From contig CAYHGI010000001.1 of assembly GCA_964356285.1 (NCBI GenBank), positions 1 to 60,568 on the forward strand: 60,568 nucleotides of DNA. Direction: 5' to 3'. The position numbers were made by a program, and so were the translations under genes. Positions within the stretch are counted from its first letter, which is position 1. Each line of letters starts with the position of its first letter. The notes under the pieces were generated by a model, which ran no database searches, was not told the DNA's origin, and worked only from the letters and a program-made list of their open reading frames with translations. This stretch comes from an uncultured Candidatus Saccharibacteria bacterium (GTDB taxonomy: Bacteria; Patescibacteriota; Minisyncoccia; Phycocordibacterales; UBA9973). Of the stretch, positions 30,092 through 36,317 are shown in pieces.

Positions 30092-31450
30092 TTAGAGCGC
30101 GTTTTTTCCTATATCTTTTCGATATTGCATCCCTTCAAAAGATATTTTTTTTATAGCTTTATAGGCTTTTTCTAGCGCTTCTTTGAGGGAATTTCCTGTG
30201 GCAGAAACTCCAAGCACTCGCCCGCCGTTAGTCGTTAGGTCTTGCCTCACAACTTTTGTGCCGGCGTGGAAGATGATTACATCACCTCCCCCTCCCCCCT
30301 CCAACCCTTCCCGACTTCCCCTTATCAGGGGAGGCAAATTGGTTCCCCCTGATAAGAGGGATGCAGGGGGTTTAAGGAGGGGAGGAACTCCCGTAATCAT
30401 TTTCCCTTTTTTATAATTTCCCGGATATCCGCCCGAAGCAAGAACGATATTGCAAACAGACTTATTACTCCATTTTATTTCTGTTTGGTCTAGCTTTTGA
30501 TCAATAGAGTTTTCAATAATTTCTAAAAGATCAGTTTCAAGAAGTCTCATATATGTTTGAGTTTCAGGGTCGCCAAAACGTGCATTGTATTCTAGTATTT
30601 TTGGTCCCTCTTTGGTGAGCATAAGTCCTGGATATAGCACTCCCATAAAAGGTTTTCCATCTTTTTTCATACCCTCCAATGTCGGGGCAACAATTTCTTT
30701 TTCTATTTTTTGCATGAGTTCTTTAGTTACAAATGGCAACGGTGCAATTGTGCCCATGCCGCCTGTATTTGGGCCAGTATCCCCTTCACCAATTTTCTTA
30801 TGATCTTGCGATGGCGGGAACATTTTGTAACTCTTTCCATCAGAAAATGCATGTATTGAGATTTCCGGACCTGTTAAAAACTCTTCGATGACTACTTTAT
30901 TTCCTGACTCACCGAAAACTTTCTTTATCATTATTTCTTCAAGAGTTTCTATTGCTTTTTCTTTAGTCTCACATATAACTGCTCCTTTACCACCTGCGAG
31001 CCCGCTTGCTTTGATCACTATCGGTAGAGTTTGTTTCGTCAGATACTCTTTTGCTTTTTCAAAATCGTTGAATATTTCAAATTTTGCTGTAGGTAAATTA
31101 TGCCGGCGCATGAAATCTTTAGAAAAAGCTTTTGACCATTCTAGCTGTGCCGCCGCTTTTTTCGGGCCCCAGATGCGCAAGTTTGCCTTCTGAAACTCGT
31201 CTACGACACCCAAAGCAAGCGGATCATCGGAAAGAGCCAGCGTTAGGTTAATTTTTTCTTTTTGCGCGAACTCTATAAGCTTAGAAATTTCTGTCTCTTC
31301 GATATCTAAGTTGGTTCCCAGTCGTGCCGTTCCAGCATTACCTCTAGCAAAAAATAATTCTCTCGCTCGTGGTGATTGCGCAATTTTCCATCCGACAGCA
31401 TGCTCTCTTCCTCCTCCTGCTCCAATTATTAAAATTTTTAATTTTGACAT
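30092..31450 (-). CDS. purD: phosphoribosylamine--glycine ligase, carrying an in-frame repeat insertion
   Basis: KILIIGAGGREHA, ATP-grasp core, FHAGTK...TNGGRVLGV. The start is set at MSKLKIL. Confidence 0.9.
   Translation of the reverse strand: MSKLKILIIGAGGGREHAVGWKIAQSPRARELFFARGNAGTARLGTNLDIEETEISKLIEFAQKEKINLTLALSDDPLALGVVDEFQKANLRIWGPKKAAAQLEWSKAFSKDFMRRHNLPTAKFEIFNDFEKAKEYLTKQTLPIVIKASGLAGGKGAVICETKEKAIETLEEIMIKKVFGESGNKVVIEEFLTGPEISIHAFSDGKSYKMFPPSQDHKKIGEGDTGPNTGGMGTIAPLPFVTKELMQKIEKEIVAPTLEGMKKDGKPFMGVLYPGLMLTKEGPKILEYNARFGDPETQTYMRLLETDLLEIIENSIDQKLDQTEIKWSNKSVCNIVLASGGYPGNYKKGKMITGVPPLLKPPASLLSGGTNLPPLIRGSREGLEGGGGGDVIIFHAGTKVVRQDLTTNGGRVLGVSATGNSLKEALEKAYKAIKKISFEGMQYRKDIGKNAL
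30284..30388. repeat. ~105-bp composite family-1 palindromic element inserted in frame in purD
   Basis: Head-to-head units tcccct-tatc-agggga (30317-30332) and tccccct-gata-agaggga (30344-30361). The outer arms cctcccccctccaaccc / gggtttaaggaggggagg are inverted. The element is translated as PPLLKPPASLLSGGTNLPPLIRGSREGLEGGGGG. Confidence 0.8.
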
Positions 31451-31508
31451 GTTGATAATCAACTATATCATAAAGTCCTTTCTTGTGATATAATTCTATT
31501 TTGAAAAT

Positions 31509-31715
31509 ATGAGCATGCCAAGTTGTCAGGTCTGCGGGAAAACATTCCCTTTTGAAGTTTGCGACGGGAGTGGGCGACTACTCTGTGATAATTGTCGGGA
31601 TCCCCGCCAGCTGGCGGACAGATCACAACCACAAACAAATTTCTTTCCCCAAATGGTTGCATATGAAAGGAAAGATAGGACGAGCGACTTTCATCGATCG
31701 TCAAGGGGGTATTGA
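31509..31715 (+). CDS. possible small zinc-ribbon protein in a GC-rich island (weak call)
   Basis: 68-aa ORF with CQVC-x16-CDNC, followed by two hairpins and a T-rich tract. There is no clear SD and the tail is disordered-looking. Confidence 0.25.
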   Translation: MSMPSCQVCGKTFPFEVCDGSGRLLCDNCRDPRQLADRSQPQTNFFPQMVAYERKDRTSDFHRSSRGY

Positions 31716-31773
31716 AAGGATACCCCAGGTATCAGGGAGAAAGGGAGAGTACGAACCATTCGTCCTCCCTCTT

Positions 31774-32325
31774 TCATTTCTTAGAAAGCTTTTCTAAAAC
31801 TTCTACGTATAGCTGATTTTCTTTTTTCTTGAGTCTGGCGTACAAAGATTCAACATTGTCATCAGTTTCAATTTTCTCAAAAGTTCTGCCTAAGACCGGT
31901 CCGAAATCAAAATCCAAAGTTAAAAAATGAATAGAAGATCCTGCATAAGTGCTTTTTTGATCTAGGAAATTAGCAATAGCTTTACTGCCATACATTCCTT
32001 TGTTCCAGAGAGCTTTTGTGTTGTCAGGATTTAATACTTCTCCATTTACTGTGTCTGGGATTAATCCCGGATGTAAATTTAAAATTCTGTTTTCATATTT
32101 TCTTATTATTTCGTCAGGGATTATCTTCTTCCATCCAGCGAGGCATATATAGTCTGGTGATATTTTTTCTAGTATTGATGTAGGGTTTTCTGTGTCCGTT
32201 ATAACCGTAAGAATTTCTGCATTTATAATTTTTGCATCAATGGCACTCCTAACTACTTTTAAGTTAGTTTGAGCGCCCCCTTGGTGAACCATAAAAACCA
32301 ATTTTATTTTATTCTTTTGGAACAT
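31774..32325 (-). CDS. purN: phosphoribosylglycinamide formyltransferase
   Basis: ILNLHPGLIP and formyltransferase fold features. The start is set at MFQKNKIKLVFM, because the longer ORF overlaps purF by more than 200 nt. Confidence 0.75.
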   Translation of the reverse strand: MFQKNKIKLVFMVHQGGAQTNLKVVRSAIDAKIINAEILTVITDTENPTSILEKISPDYICLAGWKKIIPDEIIRKYENRILNLHPGLIPDTVNGEVLNPDNTKALWNKGMYGSKAIANFLDQKSTYAGSSIHFLTLDFDFGPVLGRTFEKIETDDNVESLYARLKKKENQLYVEVLEKLSKK

Positions 32326-33712
32326 CGTAATTAATCTCTTTTTCCCGCTCCCAAATAGGGATAGGATAAGTTCCATCAAAAGATGAAAGCGAGAAATGGC
32401 TTTTGGGTAGTCCAGTAGCCGCGACCATCCCTTTAATTGACAGATATGAAAGAGAGGTAGCTCCGAGAAATTCGCAAATTTCTTTAGTCGTTTTCTGTGA
32501 GGCAATGAGATCCGATTGTTTGGGAGTATCAATGCCATAAAAGTCCGGAAATTTTATCGGGGCGGAACTGACCAAGAAATGCACTTCTGTGGCTCCGGCA
32601 TCAAAAAGCATTTTCACAATCTGTTTAGAGGTGGTTCCGCGAACAATGGAGTCGTCCATGACCGCAATTTTCTTTCCTTTTATTACGCTTGCCAATGGAC
32701 TTAATTTCATTTTTACTTTTTCATTGCGCAGTTCTTGAGTAGGTTCAATAAAGGTGCGGTTGATGTAGTGGTTTTTAGAAATTCCCATCTCAAATGGAAT
32801 TCCGGATTCTTCGGCATAGCCGATAGCCGCTGGTACGGCTGTATCTGGAACCGGAATAACCATATCGACATCTAATTTATGTTCCCGGGCAAGAATTCTA
32901 CCTAAATTTTTCCTTACTTCATATACAGATTTGCCTAATATCGTACTGTCATAACGAGCGAAGTATATGAATTCAAAAATATCAAGTTTTTGTTTTTGTT
33001 CTGCCAGTTTTCTGCTTTCTACTCCATTTTTGTTTATTACTACCATTTCTCCCGGCCTTATTTCTCTAACTAATTCTGCTCTGATTGTCTGTAAGGCGCA
33101 TGTTTCTGATGATACGATCATTTCTTTTCCTTTTTTTCCTAGAACTAGCGGTCGAATGCCGCAAGCATCGCGAAAGGCTACCATGGTGTCTAATCCGAGA
33201 GCCACGCAAGAAAACGCTCCGGTAAAAAGAGGATATGCTTTAGCCACCGCATCCGGCAATGATAGTCCTTCTTTCATGCAAGATCCGATTGCTTGAGTCA
33301 TAAGCTGGGAATCAGACCGGTTTTCCGTGATCTCTCCGCGATTTTTTAAAAATTGAACTAGCGCTTCGGTACTTGGCAGATTTCCGTTGTGTCCAAACAC
33401 AAAAAGATTTTCATACAAAAACGGCTGGGCGTATTCAACATGATTGCCTTTGGACGTAGAGTAACGGTTATGTCCGATTGCGGCAAAACCGGGAAGTTGT
33501 TTTATGATTTCTTCTGTATAAATTTGACTCACTAGGCCTGAATTTTTGTGTATATAAATTTTTTTACCATCGGTGGTTGCAATTCCCGAGTGCTCTTGAC
33601 CGCGATGTTGCAACGCAAAAAGCCCGAAATACGTTTCTCTAGCAGTTTCATTTAGAAAAAGTTTATTCTCTCCAAAAATTCCAAAAACTGCGCATTTTTC
33701 ATTTAGGTCCAT
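32309..33712 (-). CDS. purF: amidophosphoribosyltransferase
   Basis: N-terminal CAVFGIFG (Ntn Cys), the PRTase motif VMDDSIVRGTT, and pur context. Confidence 0.95.
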   Translation of the reverse strand: MDLNEKCAVFGIFGENKLFLNETARETYFGLFALQHRGQEHSGIATTDGKKIYIHKNSGLVSQIYTEEIIKQLPGFAAIGHNRYSTSKGNHVEYAQPFLYENLFVFGHNGNLPSTEALVQFLKNRGEITENRSDSQLMTQAIGSCMKEGLSLPDAVAKAYPLFTGAFSCVALGLDTMVAFRDACGIRPLVLGKKGKEMIVSSETCALQTIRAELVREIRPGEMVVINKNGVESRKLAEQKQKLDIFEFIYFARYDSTILGKSVYEVRKNLGRILAREHKLDVDMVIPVPDTAVPAAIGYAEESGIPFEMGISKNHYINRTFIEPTQELRNEKVKMKLSPLASVIKGKKIAVMDDSIVRGTTSKQIVKMLFDAGATEVHFLVSSAPIKFPDFYGIDTPKQSDLIASQKTTKEICEFLGATSLSYLSIKGMVAATGLPKSHFSLSSFDGTYPIPIWEREKEINYDVPKE

Positions 33713-33779
33713 CCCAGTACTAAAATTTTAAGTTATTCATTGTAATGGTTATATATTTTAATCAAAAATTTAGTACGGG
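33713..33779 (-). promoter_or_regulatory. long-range inverted repeat abutting the purF start codon
   Basis: cccagtactaaaattt (33713-33728) is nearly complementary to aaatttagtacggg (33766-33779). On the mRNA the 3' arm ends at the AUG. Confidence 0.3.
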
Positions 33780-33784
33780 ACAAG

Positions 33785-34558
33785 TTATTTCTTGAAATAA
33801 TTAACAGCATTTTTTAAAATCTTCAGGCCCTTACCCCATTTTTCCATTTTCTCTTTTACTTGCCTGCCCCGTAGGAAGCTTGCTTTCCTTCGGGGCCATA
33901 AAGGGCTTTGGTGCGAGAACATCGCTCGCTCCGGATGCGGCATCATTCCCAGAACTCTCCCATTATAAGCTAAAACTCCAGCAATGTCATAATCCGATCC
34001 GTTTGGGTTGGGTTCTAAGTTTTGAAATTTACAAATCGGACCTTTCACGTATTTGAAGGCTACTGTCCCTTTTTGCTTAGGGTCTACAACATAATGTCCT
34101 TCGCCGTGGGCGATTGGTAGAGATATTTTTTTAATGTTTTTAAGCCATGGACTATTATTTTTTTCGATTTGTAAATCTACCCACCTATCTATATATCTGC
34201 CATTTTTATTTTGCGCTAGAGCGCCGGGCAAGATTCCGAGGTTTGTCATAATCTGAAATCCGTTACAAATCCCTATAGCCAGAGTGTCGCGAGACAAAAA
34301 TTCTTCAAGCTCTTTTGCTAAATGATTTTTAAATTTGTTAGCATACGCCTTGCCGGATCCGGTATCATCTCCATAAGAAAATCCTCCCGGAAAAACGAGG
34401 ATCTGATATTTTGAGAGTATTTTAGGTTCGGCGATCAGATCATTGATGTGCACTATGTCAGCCATGCCTCCCGCAGAGTCAAAAGCGAATTTCGTCTCCT
34501 CTTCGCAATTGAGTCCGTAGCCAGACATTATTATTATTTTTGGATTTTTATTTTTCAT
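33785..34558 (-). CDS. purQ: FGAM synthase glutaminase subunit
   Basis: GICNGFQ (nucleophile Cys) and MPHPER motifs. The start at MKNKNPKIIIMSG shares one base with the upstream stop (TAATG). Confidence 0.85.
   Translation of the reverse strand: MKNKNPKIIIMSGYGLNCEEETKFAFDSAGGMADIVHINDLIAEPKILSKYQILVFPGGFSYGDDTGSGKAYANKFKNHLAKELEEFLSRDTLAIGICNGFQIMTNLGILPGALAQNKNGRYIDRWVDLQIEKNNSPWLKNIKKISLPIAHGEGHYVVDPKQKGTVAFKYVKGPICKFQNLEPNPNGSDYDIAGVLAYNGRVLGMMPHPERAMFSHQSPLWPRRKASFLRGRQVKEKMEKWGKGLKILKNAVNYFKK
33862..33895. repeat. family-2 34-nt palindromic element inside purQ
   Basis: gcctgccccgtaggaagcttgctttccttcgggg, translated as [11 protein letters not shown]. Confidence 0.75.
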
Positions 34559-36267
34559 TAATATATCTCCTGCTGATAACATTTTTCGCAGTATACTATT
34601 TCCGACCTATCCGGTGCATAACTTGTTTTGAATGCCACTTCGCACTTATCTTGTCCATGAAAGTGGCTATTTTTGTCGCACATGCAGACTCTATCCCAAA
34701 GTTTTAGGGGATTTCTTTGACCTATTCTCTCGTAATGCCTGCAATTCGGGCACAATCGTGGCAAAGGCAGGCTCATTCTTTTATAGAATTTAAATTCTTC
34801 CGGAATAATCTTGAACGCTTCCGTGCACTGATGCTTGCATGCGCCGCCATGATTACAAGCAATTACTTTGCCTACTATATCATCTTCTATATCCTTAATA
34901 TTATCCGGGATATTTTTGGTTTCTATGTCAATTTTGTAATTTCTTTTTTCTTCATCTTGCCAGGTATAGTTTTTTGCGAGAGCTTCTTTTTTGGTTAGAG
35001 GAAAATATTCTTGGGCGATGGTTTCATTGTAAGCAAATGGAGATAACTCTTTTGGGAAAAATTCTCCGTATTCGCCTGTTGTTTTCATGTGCTCGATTAT
35101 TTTGGGCACAAGCGCCTCGTATTCTTCTTTGGTGTATTGTTTGTTTAATATACAATAGGATTTTTTACGAAGTCCCTCACATCCAAATATATTTGCACAG
35201 TTGTGACATTCTTCACTGTAGTATGTATTCTGGTTCATTAGATTTCTTATACTAAACGCTGTGTTTGATCCGGCGAAGCCGTGAGCCACTTCATAAAGAA
35301 GTTCGGCATTAAAGCCTTGGAAAGAAGTATCGTAACAATTTTTCGTTCCCCTTCTACAGAAGAACAAGTATTTCGAGTTTTCTGTCTGTCCGGAAGTAAA
35401 AGATATCTGGGTGTTTCTGGCTTCAGAAAGATCATCCCCGCTGGAATTCACGGATTTGTAAATACGAGCGTATCTGTGAGGCACATTTAATTTTAATTTT
35501 TGTAGCCTTTCTAAATTTTTTAAATGCTTAGTGTAACTTCCCTGATTTTCTTTTGTAAACTCTTTGTATGTTTCTTTAGTGACAGGCTGATTAAATATAT
35601 GATATTTTTTATTTACCAATCCGACGCAACCGAAACATTTTGTACAATTTCTACAATCAATTAAGTAGTAACTCTCCACGCAGTCTTTTGAGTAAGAGCT
35701 GAAAAAGACTTTATTAAATGATTTAGATTCGAAAATTTCATAACTGAACTCAATTTTCGAGGAAAAAGCTATATCCAAAGAATCGCGAGATTCGACGACC
35801 TGATTGCCGAAGTAAATTCTCTCATTGTTCATTCCCCCAAATAGCAAATAACATTCCTTAAAATCCAGACCATAGTTACAATAATCGCTCAAGATAAAAT
35901 TGTCGCGGTAAAGATTTACTCTGGGGACTGCTTCCATGAGAACTTTGAACTGATCAAAGAAAGGTTTAGAAAAATCGTAATCCTTACCGTAATCTATCGG
36001 ATTCCATTTATCGGAGAGCCAGCAATCGCGGCAATAAATAGTGTAGGGGCGACTTTTGTGATATATGGTGAGAACTGGCTCGTGGCATAAGACGCATTCT
36101 CTTTTGTAAAGAACTCTGTTGTTTCTAAAAAGCAATCTTCTCTGAAACCTGCATTCTGGGCAAAAAGTCGGCGACGGCACCTTCATCTTCTCATAAAATC
36201 CAAAATCATCCGACTCAATGACGAATTCTTTTTGGCAGTTTTGGCAATTTTTTGTTTCAGTTTTCAT
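34558..36267 (-). CDS. cysteine-rich protein with N- and C-terminal double zinc-ribbon modules (paralogue 3)
   Basis: 569 aa. It starts MKTETKNCQNCQKEFVIESDDFGFYEKMKVPSPTFCPECR and ends FKTSYAPDRSEIVYCEKCYQQEIY. It lies between purL and purQ. Confidence 0.8.
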   Translation of the reverse strand: MKTETKNCQNCQKEFVIESDDFGFYEKMKVPSPTFCPECRFQRRLLFRNNRVLYKRECVLCHEPVLTIYHKSRPYTIYCRDCWLSDKWNPIDYGKDYDFSKPFFDQFKVLMEAVPRVNLYRDNFILSDYCNYGLDFKECYLLFGGMNNERIYFGNQVVESRDSLDIAFSSKIEFSYEIFESKSFNKVFFSSYSKDCVESYYLIDCRNCTKCFGCVGLVNKKYHIFNQPVTKETYKEFTKENQGSYTKHLKNLERLQKLKLNVPHRYARIYKSVNSSGDDLSEARNTQISFTSGQTENSKYLFFCRRGTKNCYDTSFQGFNAELLYEVAHGFAGSNTAFSIRNLMNQNTYYSEECHNCANIFGCEGLRKKSYCILNKQYTKEEYEALVPKIIEHMKTTGEYGEFFPKELSPFAYNETIAQEYFPLTKKEALAKNYTWQDEEKRNYKIDIETKNIPDNIKDIEDDIVGKVIACNHGGACKHQCTEAFKIIPEEFKFYKRMSLPLPRLCPNCRHYERIGQRNPLKLWDRVCMCDKNSHFHGQDKCEVAFKTSYAPDRSEIVYCEKCYQQEIY

Positions 36268-36317
36268 AATTACATATTTACGCCATGGCTGAAATGTGTG
36301 TTTTTCATGTTTCTTTG

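Noticed and set aside
31463-31773. ZTP, purine or PRPP riboswitch upstream of purD
   Set aside because: ccgcc and ctggcg occur, but only as one simple palindrome. The ordered consensus blocks (GGGUCGUGACUGGCG ... CCGCCUGGGC, or the purine-riboswitch loops) are absent.
32326-32538. N-terminal 71-aa extension of the purN ORF
   Set aside because: It overlaps the 3' end of purF in another frame and has no formyltransferase similarity. The Met at 32325 starts the conserved fold.
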